From an uncultured Methanomicrobiales archaeon (GTDB lineage: Archaea > Halobacteriota > Methanomicrobia > Methanomicrobiales > Methanospirillaceae): a stretch of 64,000 bases of DNA. Each line of letters begins with the position of its first letter. Position 1 is the first letter of the stretch. A program made the position numbers and the translations under genes. Under the pieces are notes generated by a model. The model had not been told where the DNA came from. It saw nothing but the letters and a program-made list of their open reading frames with translations, and made no database searches. The DNA lies in assembly GCA_963697895.1 (NCBI GenBank), contig OY969100.1, positions 1,824,001 to 1,888,000 on the forward strand, read 5' to 3'. Shown here in pieces: positions 32,958 through 44,513 of this stretch.

Positions 32958-34180
32958 TCCGGCACCTCCCCCGCACGGTTCAGGAGCGCCGCATGCTCTG
33001 TGGTCTCGAAGCGATTGAATTCGCACCGGTTCGCAAGGATACGGCGATCGATCTCCCGTCCCTTGCACCGGAGATACCGGCCGAGGATCGTATCGCGGAC
33101 CTTGAGGAAGACCTCATCCATCCCGAGCGGGTTGTTCTCGGCAAGGCTGCGGGCCTGGTCGAGCGTCATCCCCGTCAACGTCTCGGTCACCTCCCGGGGG
33201 AGCAGGAGTTCCCATGTTCTGCTGCCATCGTCGAGCCACCCCTTGATACGGAGGTCGAAGGTGAATTCAGGCTGGATCTCGTGGACGGGGCAATAATTCT
33301 GACGGGAGAGTACCCGCCCGCATCCCTCCACCGGACAGCGCTTGATCAGGCCGGATCCGGGTGCGAGGTGCACGAATGCACCGGACACCTCGCGGTCTCC
33401 CGACGTGACCTGGATATCGCCTTCCCCGGGTATTACGGTGGCAGTATTCAGATTCAATGACAACCGTGCGTTGAATTCGTCAATGAGCGCATAATAGATC
33501 GAATAGACCGTATCGGGGAGGAGCCGTTCCTTTCCTTCCTCCTTCCAGATGACAAATTTAATCGTCCCGCTCTCGTCTGCGAGGAGACCTGCCTGGAGCA
33601 TGCGTTCATGCGTCACGTCCCATTCCTGGATCATCTTTGCGTGGACGGAACCAACACCCGGCGTCAGATCGGCGATCGGTGTCAGGCCCGGGATCAGGGC
33701 ACCTTCATGCACCACTTCCTGTATCGCGGTGCCCGAATGGATCTTCAGGTTCGGAATTCCGCGGAATTCGTCGACTACCGCCGATTCAAGCCGATACCAT
33801 TTCCCCTGAACCATCCGGGTGGCCTGAGCCTTGGCCCAGACGACGAACCGCATCGCGCCGGAGTCGTCTGCGATGATTCCCGTCTGTGCGATGGCCGGTG
33901 TCGGCGGCGTCGAGAGAGAGACCACTTTCCCCTCCACCGTCACCCATTCACCGGGAGCAACATCACGGAGCTGTTTCATCGCGGAGGAACCGGCACCAGG
34001 GCTGGTTATACCAAATTCCCGGCTTAGTTCAAGGAGAACTGCCCGTTCCGCTTCTGCCGGCGGCACGCCGAACTCCTCCACGAGCCTGCGGAGCTTTTCT
34101 TCGACCCTCTTTGGGTCGACGTTCTGTCCTTTCGCATTGATTTTTTGGGAGATTCTTGCTGCAACTTCGGAATAATCCAT
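32954..34180 (-). CDS. rpa: Replication protein A (multi-OB fold, Zn finger)
   Basis: QTGIIADDSG and QAGLLADESG OB repeats; GSGLIKRCP..C...CPVH; DLRIKGWLDDG. Confidence 0.85.
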   Translation of the reverse strand: MDYSEVAARISQKINAKGQNVDPKRVEEKLRRLVEEFGVPPAEAERAVLLELSREFGITSPGAGSSAMKQLRDVAPGEWVTVEGKVVSLSTPPTPAIAQTGIIADDSGAMRFVVWAKAQATRMVQGKWYRLESAVVDEFRGIPNLKIHSGTAIQEVVHEGALIPGLTPIADLTPGVGSVHAKMIQEWDVTHERMLQAGLLADESGTIKFVIWKEEGKERLLPDTVYSIYYALIDEFNARLSLNLNTATVIPGEGDIQVTSGDREVSGAFVHLAPGSGLIKRCPVEGCGRVLSRQNYCPVHEIQPEFTFDLRIKGWLDDGSRTWELLLPREVTETLTGMTLDQARSLAENNPLGMDEVFLKVRDTILGRYLRCKGREIDRRILANRCEFNRFETTEHAALLNRAGEVPE

Positions 34181-34311
34181 CTTTTACATCTCCAGAGATC
34201 AGTCGGGCAGTCTCACCATAAGAACCCTGAGGGGCGGGGGGTGAAACTGCGTCGCATCATACTGTTCGCACGTACGGTATTAAGTATCGGAAATTGTACA
34301 TAGTACCCCGT

Positions 34312-34506
34312 ATGGCAATCACAGCAGACAGCACGATCTACGACCTCCTTAAAGAAAAGCCCGAATCTACCGAGGTTTTATTTAAATTCGGGATGGGGTG
34401 CGTGGGGTGTGCGATCGCACGCGGAGAGACGATCCGGGAGGCTGCCCAGGCACACGGTATTCCGCTCGGAGAGCTCCTCTCGGCGCTGGGCATCAAGGAA
34501 TCATAA
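34312..34506 (+). CDS. DUF1858 domain protein
   Basis: FGMGCVGCAIARGETIREAAQAHGI. Confidence 0.85.
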   Translation: MAITADSTIYDLLKEKPESTEVLFKFGMGCVGCAIARGETIREAAQAHGIPLGELLSALGIKES

Positions 34507-35383
34507 TTTTTCCCTTCTTTTTTCGCGACTTCAGCTCTTTGAGGGACGCCTCCGGATTCTGCTTCAGGTAATCCGCAATCTCCGGCTCATGGAGGAGCGT
34601 GCAGCTGCTGCAGTTCCAGACCGGACCGTTCCGGGACCCGATCACCATCTGGCCGAGGGTCTCGTCCATGCAGGGATAAAACGGACAATAGCAGAAATCA
34701 CACCGCTGTCCTGGGAAATGACAGGGGTAGTACGGACAGGCCTCCGGAAGCCATTCCACCCAGTGGTCGCCTCTATACCGGCTGTACACAAAAAGGGCCG
34801 GGGAATCGCGGAGGATCGTTCCTTCATGTCGTTTTATCGCTTCGGGGACCCCGTAGAGAACAGCGGAATAGACCCGTCTCCCCGGCTCGGTAGCGGTTCC
34901 GGCATACGTGTGGGTGACCGCACCCTCCTGGACCACCACGACCGCATCGGTGGTCGTCCCGGTGAACGAATATCCCATCTGCTGAAGAGCACGGGTCTTT
35001 GCCTCCGTTGCAGCGATGATCAGTTCGAGCATCGCTCCCCCGGTCATCCCCTCTCCGGAATATATGGTGATGTTGATCGTCTGCGATCCCGCCGGATTCG
35101 GGTTGCTTACACCGGCGGTGACGAAGACCGTGATGAAATCGTACTGGAGCACGCAGAGGTGACGCATCTCCACCGCAGTCATCAGCCCGAAATAATCCGG
35201 GCCCATTCCGGCCCGGCTGACGATCTGATCGAGGTCCCGGACCGGATCTGCATGATCGTAGTCCACCGGCACGGTGTGGGAGACGACCGTGGAGACTTTC
35301 CTGATGCCTCCGGAAATGCCGGTGCTTGCGCCGGTAAAGAGCCCGCGGATGAAAAGGGTGTTTTTATCGAGATAATATCTCAT
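34493..35383 (-). CDS. cbiZ: Adenosylcobinamide amidohydrolase CbiZ-like, with C-terminal Cys-rich small domain
   Basis: GLMTAV, TAGVSN, TINI, TEAK, TGTTTDAV; CPYYPCH...CDFCYCPFYPC. Confidence 0.85.
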   Translation of the reverse strand: MRYYLDKNTLFIRGLFTGASTGISGGIRKVSTVVSHTVPVDYDHADPVRDLDQIVSRAGMGPDYFGLMTAVEMRHLCVLQYDFITVFVTAGVSNPNPAGSQTINITIYSGEGMTGGAMLELIIAATEAKTRALQQMGYSFTGTTTDAVVVVQEGAVTHTYAGTATEPGRRVYSAVLYGVPEAIKRHEGTILRDSPALFVYSRYRGDHWVEWLPEACPYYPCHFPGQRCDFCYCPFYPCMDETLGQMVIGSRNGPVWNCSSCTLLHEPEIADYLKQNPEASLKELKSRKKKGKIMIP

Positions 35384-35742
35384 GCGACCGTATACCTGAC
35401 CCGGTCCTTCAGCTCCTGCTGCTTTCCGGCGTTCCATCCGGAGACATCCTGCAGATAACCGGTAACCCGGCTGATCTGCACCACGTCGTGGGATCCGCAG
35501 AGCGGGCAGACCGGTGCCCCGCAGAGCGGACAGTACTCGATCCCGGACATGATCTCATGGGAACACGCACAATGGTCGAGCGGACACATAATCTGCAGGT
35601 GTTCCTCGCCGCATTTCGGGCAGGGAGTCTCCGGGACTATGAGGTGGCAGGTATAACACTTGTACCGTCTCTCGCCAACGGGAATATCTTCGAGCTTCCG
35701 GAACCGTTCCGCCAGTTTGCGTTGTTCTGCGCTCCATTCCAT
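35380..35742 (-). CDS. Small stand-alone NrdD C-terminal-like protein (Zn ribbons plus glycyl-radical motif)
   Basis: 120 aa; several CxxC pairs then CPLCGSHDVVQISRVTGYLQDVSGWNAGKQQELKDR. Confidence 0.85.
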   Translation of the reverse strand: MEWSAEQRKLAERFRKLEDIPVGERRYKCYTCHLIVPETPCPKCGEEHLQIMCPLDHCACSHEIMSGIEYCPLCGAPVCPLCGSHDVVQISRVTGYLQDVSGWNAGKQQELKDRVRYTVA

Positions 35743-35846
35743 ACTACTACATCGGGGGAGATCCATTTAAATCTTTAGCATTTGCGGGAATAATCTGCCT
35801 CAGTCGACTCATAGGGTTCATCACGACTTCAGTTCCCGATTTTTCA

Positions 35847-36482
35847 TCACCGGCAGATGCCCGCATACGTCTCGGCCGCAGCCCGGGGATCCGCGGCGTC
35901 ATAGATTGATCTTCCCACGATTATCCCGTCGACAAGACCCGCAAGAGCGATTGGATCTCCCCCCTGTACGCCGATTCCCGGCGCGTAGATCCTCCGTCGG
36001 CCGACGATATCCCGAAGGATCGCGACCCGTTCCGGCCGCGTCGCCGGTGCGATGATCCCGTCGGCGCCGCATTCCATCGCGATCTCCGCAATCCTGGCCG
36101 GAACATCCCCCCGGAAGAATTCGGTCGAGCCCGGATGGCTCATCTCCGCGACGACATAGCAGGCCCCCTCGTGCATATGTGCGGTCTCCACGCATACCCG
36201 GACAGTATCCCTCCCGGTGAAGCCGTGACAGATGATCGCCTCGTATCCCGCCCTGAATACCTCTTCTGCGATCAGCCTGCTGGTATTCGGGATATCCGCG
36301 ACCTTGAAATCGGCAATGAGAGGAACCCCTGTCTCCACGAGAGAATCTGCGATAGCGAGGCCAGCCGGGAGGACCAGGGGATATCCGATCTTGATTGCAT
36401 CCAGAAACGGGGCACATGCAGCGGCCACTTCGCCTGCACGAACCGGATCGGTCAGGTCCAGGGCGAGGATCAGTTCAGTCAC
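35847..36482 (-). CDS. pyrF: Orotidine-5'-phosphate decarboxylase
   Basis: LILALD, IKIG, DFKVADIPNT, PGIGVQGG, IVGRSI. Confidence 0.95.
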   Translation of the reverse strand: MTELILALDLTDPVRAGEVAAACAPFLDAIKIGYPLVLPAGLAIADSLVETGVPLIADFKVADIPNTSRLIAEEVFRAGYEAIICHGFTGRDTVRVCVETAHMHEGACYVVAEMSHPGSTEFFRGDVPARIAEIAMECGADGIIAPATRPERVAILRDIVGRRRIYAPGIGVQGGDPIALAGLVDGIIVGRSIYDAADPRAAAETYAGICR

Positions 36483-37408
36483 GGTATAACCTCTCGTACA
36501 CGGCCGCTACGATGAGCGGAAAGGTGATGGTCGCATCCCCGTACACCGTCACCGCCTCTGCATCTTCGGTGATCTTTCCCCATGAGCGTGCCTCGTCGAG
36601 GCTCGCCCCGGAGAGTCCCCCCAGGTCCGGCCGGTCCCCGGTCAGCTGCACCGCGTAGCGGAACCCGTGCGGGGTCATCAGCATCCCCTGCAGGATAAAA
36701 TTTTTCGGCACTCCGCCGCCGATGAGCATCGCTCCGCTTCGTTCTGCAGAGAAACAGCGGTCGAGCAGGGGTTTCATGTCGAGAAAGGCATCGACCGTCA
36801 CCCGTGCGGTCTGCGAGAAGAGCCAGGTACTGGAGGCCTATCATGGAATCGGCAACGGCAGGGCAATACACGGGAATTCCCCGTTCGACCGCCGTTGCAA
36901 GGATGCCCCGGGGCAGATCCGCCCCGATCTCGGCGAGCACTTCACTGATGGAATACGTCCGCCGGGGTTCGAGCCCCGAAAAGATCCCCTGCATGAACTC
37001 TTCGAACCGGATAAAGGCTTCGTTCGGCAGAAATACATCATAGATGCGATTTATCTCATCGTGACGGAGTTCGATATCCGAACAGTCCGCCGTGCCGTGG
37101 TAATGGTGGCATCCGATCGCCTCGATGATGTCGTGGGTGAGATTCGCCCCGGTCGAGACCAGGATATCGATGTGCCCCCGCGAGATCAGGTCGGAGACGA
37201 TACCCCCCATGCCACCGGGAACCATCGCCCCGGCGAGGCCGAAGAATTTCACGGCCCGTTCGTCGCGGAGCTGCCGTTCATAGACCGATGCGGCCCGGGC
37301 AAGCGCACCGGCATTGTAGGCTCCGGCACTGCCCATTTCGGAGACGAGTTCTCCCACAGACATTCCCGGCCGGATGCAGATCTGCTTTACCGGTTCCCCG
37401 CATTCCAT
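36475..37408 (-). CDS. dys: Deoxyhypusine synthase (+1 frameshift near 36827)
   Basis: STGANLTHD, INRIYD, PAVADS, GGGVPKNF, GGLSGASLDEARSWGK. Confidence 0.9.
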
Positions 37409-37789
37409 GCAGATGATGTGGGATTCCATGGATAATAGTTCCATCCCGAAAGATCCTTTTTACCTCTCCGGGCAGGCGATTCCCTTGTACGGGTTCTTCC
37501 CGAATGTATGTGGGCATCGTGTAGAACCGGGATCTGAACCCGAGGTATTTGAAAAAAAACTATCGGCGATCGTCCATTGCTGCCAGCGGTTTCGGCCCGT
37601 CCGGATGACAATGCAGTGTTCCACGGTTGCAATCGGGCTTTTCGCTCATCATTGACGAAATAAACCGGAGACGCGTGGGAAACTCAATCGATGGACCTCC
37701 GGAAAAAAGGAATTATTTCGGAATCAATCTCCGTGGATGTATCAGGGTCCTCATCGATCCGCATGGGCATATCGGATGTTCCGCCTCAT

Positions 37790-39067
37790 TCAGGTCTCTT
37801 TTACCCGGATTTCATCCGTCATCCCTTCCTGGTCATCCGCCGGTTGGGCGTCAGGAACGCCCCGGCAGAGCGGCCGGGCCAGATGACGCCGGGCGGAAGG
37901 CGGCACTTCATACCAGCCGGCAGCGACCGTCCGATCAGTCACCCTGGATTCCGGATCTGACGCACGGGCACCACACGACCGGCATTTGTATCCTTTCTCC
38001 CGCCCGGCACTGGTCATGCGTTTCCCGCAGATATGACAGAGAGGAGGCCTCCGGGTGGCCGGACTGATCAGCTCACGGATGCAGATCTTCTCGAGGTTGA
38101 TACTCCCCCCCTTGTAACTCCCGGCAACCGTCACCGAATCTCCCGGGATCAATCCCCGGACCGTGTTCCGGAAGCCCTTCGTGGGTTCATAGGCCATACA
38201 GCGGACGGCTCCCTGCAGATCCCCAAGCAGGAATGAGACGTGGCCGCCAAGACCGGTATCCGGCCCGGTTGCGACAATCCCGGTGAGCAGGTAGGAGCAC
38301 CCCTCTTTCAGGGTGCCCGTTTCGCCGGGGATGAGATGGGCATCCGTCCCCTGGTTGGTCACGAACAGTTCTTCGATCTCGGTTTCCTCGGTACAGATGA
38401 AGGAACGGGCATAAGAGACCCATCCCGGGGATTCCCCCCGGATACCGAAGAGGACCGGGTCGGGAGAGTGGGGGACGCATACCACCATCCCCGCGAGAAG
38501 GTCGACCGAGTCCCATGTATGGGGGAACGTCGCGGCTTCGGCATCGAAGAGGCTTCTCCGGTCGACCTGCCGGATCGATCCCCATGCCCCCGGCCTCCGG
38601 TACGCGAGGAGTTCATAGGTCCGGTCCGGAAGGTCGCTGCAGACGGCAGCGGTCGCACCGATCAACCCTCTCCGGTTTTTGTATCCCTTGTACAGCGCCC
38701 CACTCCGCTCCAGGAGATCGACCGCCTCCCCGATCTCACAAAAATCCGTGACTGCCTGACGGTAAAAGTCAGCCGGAGGCTTTTCCTGCACGAGGACCAC
38801 CCCGGGATTCGTATTTTCGCAGGAAAAATCGGCAAGCTCATCGACGGTGCAGCAGGCGACACGGAATGCTTCCTCCGGGTCTCCGCCGAGTTCGAGACAG
38901 ATGGCCGCATTCCCGCGGGTTTTGAACGTGACATTCGGGTTGAGGCGTACGATACGGGCTTCCCTGACCTGCATGTGCATCTGCCGGAGCCTTCGCATGA
39001 GCACCGCCCCGAGGTACGTGGTGCACATTCCGGCGGGAGAGTCCGTATCATCGATCCCGATGAGCAT
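37790..39067 (-). CDS. tiaS: tRNA(Ile2) agmatinylcytidine synthase
   Basis: IGIDDTDS.GMCTTY, RLNP...KTRGN, TNQGTD, AYEPT, OB fold and Zn ribbon, RRHL. Confidence 0.95.
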   Translation of the reverse strand: MLIGIDDTDSPAGMCTTYLGAVLMRRLRQMHMQVREARIVRLNPNVTFKTRGNAAICLELGGDPEEAFRVACCTVDELADFSCENTNPGVVLVQEKPPADFYRQAVTDFCEIGEAVDLLERSGALYKGYKNRRGLIGATAAVCSDLPDRTYELLAYRRPGAWGSIRQVDRRSLFDAEAATFPHTWDSVDLLAGMVVCVPHSPDPVLFGIRGESPGWVSYARSFICTEETEIEELFVTNQGTDAHLIPGETGTLKEGCSYLLTGIVATGPDTGLGGHVSFLLGDLQGAVRCMAYEPTKGFRNTVRGLIPGDSVTVAGSYKGGSINLEKICIRELISPATRRPPLCHICGKRMTSAGREKGYKCRSCGARASDPESRVTDRTVAAGWYEVPPSARRHLARPLCRGVPDAQPADDQEGMTDEIRVKET

Positions 39068-39115
39068 ACACCTCAGCTTTTATCTCCTCACCCACAATAT
39101 CCTTCGTTCAAGGCA

Positions 39116-40027
39116 ATGACACAGGACCGCCTCCTCCAGATGGTCGTCAGCGTGATGATCATGGCAGGGTTCCAGGTCTCCGACCGGTTCAGCATGAGAC
39201 CGCGGAGCTTCGACCTGATCGCACGACGAAAAGAGATGCTGTTCATCATCAAGGTCGTCTCTCACATCGACAGCGTGACCGAAGAGTCTGCCCACGACCT
39301 CGATCAGGTGTCAGGATACCTCCGGGGATCCCCGCTCATCATCGGGGAGAAGGCAAGAGACACGGAGCTCCACCGCGGTGCCGTGTACCTGCGGTACGGG
39401 ATATGTGCAGTCAGCGTGACGACCCTGCACGATTACCTGGTGGACGGAATCCCGCCACTGATCTACGCATCCCCCGGCGGGCTCTATGTCAACATCAACG
39501 GAGAAGCGCTCCGGGAACTGCGGGAACAGGCAAACCTCTCGCTCGGGGATCTCGGGCACCTCCTCGGGGTGTCCCGGCGCACGATCAGCAAATACGAGGG
39601 CGGCATGGGCACCACCCTGGAGATCGCCATGAAGATAGAGGAGCTCTTCGATGCCGGGCTCGTGCAGGCGATCGATCTCCTCGCCTATCAGTCACATTTC
39701 GCCCCGGACGCCGAATCCTCATCAGACACGCCGATCGGATTTCTCGAGCGGATTGGGATGCAGCTCCATACACTCCACCGGGCGCCGTTCCAGGCGCTCA
39801 TCACCTTTTCTGAGCACACCATCCTGACGGGTTATGGTACATCACAGAAGATGGTAAAGCGCGCTGCGGTCATCGGAAATATCTCCCAGGTGACCGGGAC
39901 GCACGCGATGTGCGTGCTGACCGATTACAGTCACGAGAAGAAGATCGGGAAGACGCTGGTCATCGGGGAGCGGCGTCTGAAGAAAATGGAAGATGGCGCA
40001 GAGCTGATCGACCTGATCGGCACTTGA
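39116..40027 (+). CDS. Conserved archaeal HTH transcriptional regulator (XRE-type HTH)
   Basis: [37 protein letters not shown]. Confidence 0.85.
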   Translation: MTQDRLLQMVVSVMIMAGFQVSDRFSMRPRSFDLIARRKEMLFIIKVVSHIDSVTEESAHDLDQVSGYLRGSPLIIGEKARDTELHRGAVYLRYGICAVSVTTLHDYLVDGIPPLIYASPGGLYVNINGEALRELREQANLSLGDLGHLLGVSRRTISKYEGGMGTTLEIAMKIEELFDAGLVQAIDLLAYQSHFAPDAESSSDTPIGFLERIGMQLHTLHRAPFQALITFSEHTILTGYGTSQKMVKRAAVIGNISQVTGTHAMCVLTDYSHEKKIGKTLVIGERRLKKMEDGAELIDLIGT

Positions 40028-40043
40028 AAATGTTTATATAGAA
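40026..40043 (+). promoter_or_regulatory. BRE/TATA promoter of the thermosome gene
   Basis: gaaaatg-TTTATATA-gaa about 40 nt upstream of the ATG. Confidence 0.6.
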
Positions 40044-40079
40044 CCACAAACCATTTTATCGCTACAAGTGGTGAAGATT

Positions 40080-41736
<1,657 letters not shown>

Positions 41737-41761
41737 CGCGCACCCGTTCAACCATCGATCA

Positions 41762-41773
41762 TCTTTTTTTTTT
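41762..41773 (+). terminator. Oligo-T archaeal terminator after the thermosome gene
   Basis: T run about 30 nt after the stop. Confidence 0.5.
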
Positions 41774-41942
41774 CGGGCGCAATTGTCCTGTATACCCATA
41801 TGAAGCCAGGGATCTTTTCGTGCAACTCGCCTTTTAGAAAACCCTGATATAACCAATTTGTTCATGTGAAGGCTCCCGGTTCATTTGTCCGGACAGGGAA
41901 CATAACGGGGTTTCTTATAGCACCCGGATGTTACGTTCATGT

Positions 41943-42305
41943 ATGCAAGACCGTTTTGTCTTCACCAGATACCGGACCGTCTGCTATCACTGCGGTAAGG
42001 AGGCCGACCAGATCATCAAGGCGGTGCCCTATCAGGCACAGGTCATATGTGAGAACTGCGGTGCAACCCGGGTCTATGTCCCACGGATCGAAACAGTCGC
42101 AAAGGAAGGCAGTTACACTCCCATCAGCTGCTACGATATCTGGGAGCTGGAGGTTCCGGCCAGCTGCCGCAACTGCCGGGTTACGGGACCCCATAACATG
42201 GCCATCGGGTGTAACCACTTCACAGTCAGGTGCCGGAACTGCGGGTTTACCCATTTCTACAAGTTCGACCTGGAATACATGGGGCAGTGCCCGATAGAGG
42301 ATTAG
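41943..42305 (+). CDS. Hypothetical double Zn-ribbon protein
   Basis: CYHC...CENC and CRNC...CRNC. Confidence 0.7.
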   Translation: MQDRFVFTRYRTVCYHCGKEADQIIKAVPYQAQVICENCGATRVYVPRIETVAKEGSYTPISCYDIWELEVPASCRNCRVTGPHNMAIGCNHFTVRCRNCGFTHFYKFDLEYMGQCPIED

Positions 42306-42637
42306 CCGATCTGGTGATCTCTCACTCCCTTTTCCATCGCAAAGTTGTTTCCTTTATCAGAAATCCGAAAAACAACAGTATCCAACGAGGAGGAGCCTCC
42401 GAAACTGATACCGTCCCCGCGATAGTTATTCGTATATCGACACAGACCCGTATCCTCGGGTGCGGACCGGTCCGCATCTCCTGAACCAAGGCTGGGAAGT
42501 CGACGAGCTGAACCCCGCCGCAGAAAGATAAAAAACCTGCTTTTCGAAAATGGGATACAGCCCCCATACCAGCTGGTGCAACCTGTTTCCCAAAGAACGA
42601 GCGTAACGGAAAAATCAGTGTGGCTCGAAAAAGGGAA

Positions 42638-42883
42638 TTACTTCTCTTCCCGCACCATCACGATCGCCTTCTTCGGGCACTCTTCCGCGCAGATACCGCA
42701 GCCCTTGCAGAAGTCGAGGTCAATCTCCAGGTCCTCGCTGATCGCGGCTTCGGGGCAGTACATCGCACAGAGCCCGCAGGCATTGCACTTCTCCCTGTCT
42801 ACCACGGGCCGGAAGACCCTCCATGACCCGGTCTTTCCGCAGGCCCCCTCTTTCGGTCTGCTCATCGCCAGCCGGTCCTTCAT
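42638..42883 (-). CDS. porD: Pyruvate/2-oxoacid:ferredoxin oxidoreductase delta subunit
   Basis: KTGSWRVFRP, two 4Fe-4S motifs (CKGCGICAEECP). Confidence 0.9.
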   Translation of the reverse strand: MKDRLAMSRPKEGACGKTGSWRVFRPVVDREKCNACGLCAMYCPEAAISEDLEIDLDFCKGCGICAEECPKKAIVMVREEK

Positions 42884-43407
42884 GCCTTCAGCTCCTTGTA
42901 GGCCTCTTCTGCAGCCTTCACATTCCTCTCGTCCGAGAACATCTCCGAGATGGCTGATATCGCGGACTTTGCGGTTACGATGCCCATCTTTGCCAGGGCC
43001 CCGATCACCGGTGTGTTCAGTATGGGACTTCCCGCGATGACCAGGTTCTGCCGCAGCGCGATCTCCGTAAGGTCCACCGCGTAGGTAGTATATCCCGGGA
43101 AAGACGGGAGATGGGAAGCGTTCACCAGGACCGTTCCGCCGGGTTTTAATCCCTGCAGGACGTCCACCACATCCATAACGCTCGGGTCGAGCACCACCAC
43201 GAGGTCCGGGTTCCGGATCTGGGAATACACCCGGATCGGGTGGTCGTCGATCCGCACGAAGGAGACCACCGGCGCCCCTCTCCGCTCCGCCCCGTAGAAG
43301 GGGCAGGCGGTGGCATACTTCCCGTCACGGAACGCCGCCAGCGCGAGCAGCCGGGCGGCGGTAACTCCGCCCTGCCCGCCCCGGGAATGGATCCGTATCT
43401 CGTACAT
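42880..43407 (-). CDS. porC: Pyruvate/2-oxoacid:ferredoxin oxidoreductase gamma subunit
   Basis: EIRIHSRGGQGGVTA, GAERRGAPV. Confidence 0.9.
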   Translation of the reverse strand: MYEIRIHSRGGQGGVTAARLLALAAFRDGKYATACPFYGAERRGAPVVSFVRIDDHPIRVYSQIRNPDLVVVLDPSVMDVVDVLQGLKPGGTVLVNASHLPSFPGYTTYAVDLTEIALRQNLVIAGSPILNTPVIGALAKMGIVTAKSAISAISEMFSDERNVKAAEEAYKELKA

Positions 43408-44513
43408 CAGAGATCCACTCCGAACCAGCGCTCTTTCCCGGGCTCTCTTGTACGCACGAACCCGGCGATATCGTCATAGGTCACTTCCTGACCCCCGAGC
43501 CCGGCGATGACACTGTAAGGCTCTACCCGGGACCTCGCTTTCAGGCTCTGAGCGATAATCCCACCCCAACCGAATGAGTATTCCCGGTCGATCACCACCA
43601 CTTCACGTCCCGCTATATCGAGCTCGGGGAAGGGACGCAGCCACCGGATGCGCATCGAACCGGCCTTTACCCCTTCTTTCCTGAGGGTGTCCACCGCGAC
43701 CTCGGCCTCCTTTCCGAGCGTCCCCATGGCCACGACCAGCACATCCGCGTCTTCGCAGCGGTAGTCCTCGGTAAATCCGTAGGATCGTCCGAACCTCCGG
43801 GCAAACTCTTTCTGGGTCTCCTCGATCACCTTCACCGAGGCCCGCATGGATCGCTCGATATCCCAGCGGAACTTGAAGTACTCGTCCGGTCCGGTGAGCG
43901 TCCCGTACCCCCGCGGGTTCGCGATATCGATCGCGTGCGGGAGGTGCAGCGGCGGGATGAAATCTCCGATCTCCACCGTCTCCAGGGACTGCATGATATG
44001 GGAGAGGACAAACCCGTCAAGGTTGACCATCACCGGCAGGAGGACCGAATTGTGCTCCGCGATCCGGAAGGCCATAAGCGTGGCATCGTATGCTTCCTGC
44101 ACGGTGCCCACGTAGACCTGCAGCCACCCGGTATCCCGCTCCTGGAAAGCATCAGTGTGCTCGGCCCAGACATTCCAGCCCGGCCCGAGTGCACGGTTCA
44201 CATTTGCCATGACGATCGGGAGCCTGGCCCCTGCGGCCCAGTTCACCATCTCGTGCATGTAGAGGAGCCCATGAGAGCTCGTGGCGGTGAAGACCCGTGC
44301 GCCGGTGACGCTGGCCCCGACACAGGCGGCCATGGCGGAGTGTTCGCTCTCTACCGGGATGTACCGGCTGTCGAGTGCTCCGCTGGTCACGTACTCGGCC
44401 ATCTGTTCCACGATCTCGGTCTGGGGAGTAATGGGGTATGCCGCGATCACGGCAGGCCTGGCCTCTTTGACCGCCGCTGCCACCGCCTTGTTTCCCGTGG
44501 CAATCGTCAGCAT
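43407..44513 (-). CDS. porA: Pyruvate/2-oxoacid:ferredoxin oxidoreductase alpha subunit
   Basis: AYPITPQT, ESEHSA, TATSSHGL. Confidence 0.9.
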   Translation of the reverse strand: MLTIATGNKAVAAAVKEARPAVIAAYPITPQTEIVEQMAEYVTSGALDSRYIPVESEHSAMAACVGASVTGARVFTATSSHGLLYMHEMVNWAAGARLPIVMANVNRALGPGWNVWAEHTDAFQERDTGWLQVYVGTVQEAYDATLMAFRIAEHNSVLLPVMVNLDGFVLSHIMQSLETVEIGDFIPPLHLPHAIDIANPRGYGTLTGPDEYFKFRWDIERSMRASVKVIEETQKEFARRFGRSYGFTEDYRCEDADVLVVAMGTLGKEAEVAVDTLRKEGVKAGSMRIRWLRPFPELDIAGREVVVIDREYSFGWGGIIAQSLKARSRVEPYSVIAGLGGQEVTYDDIAGFVRTREPGKERWFGVDL

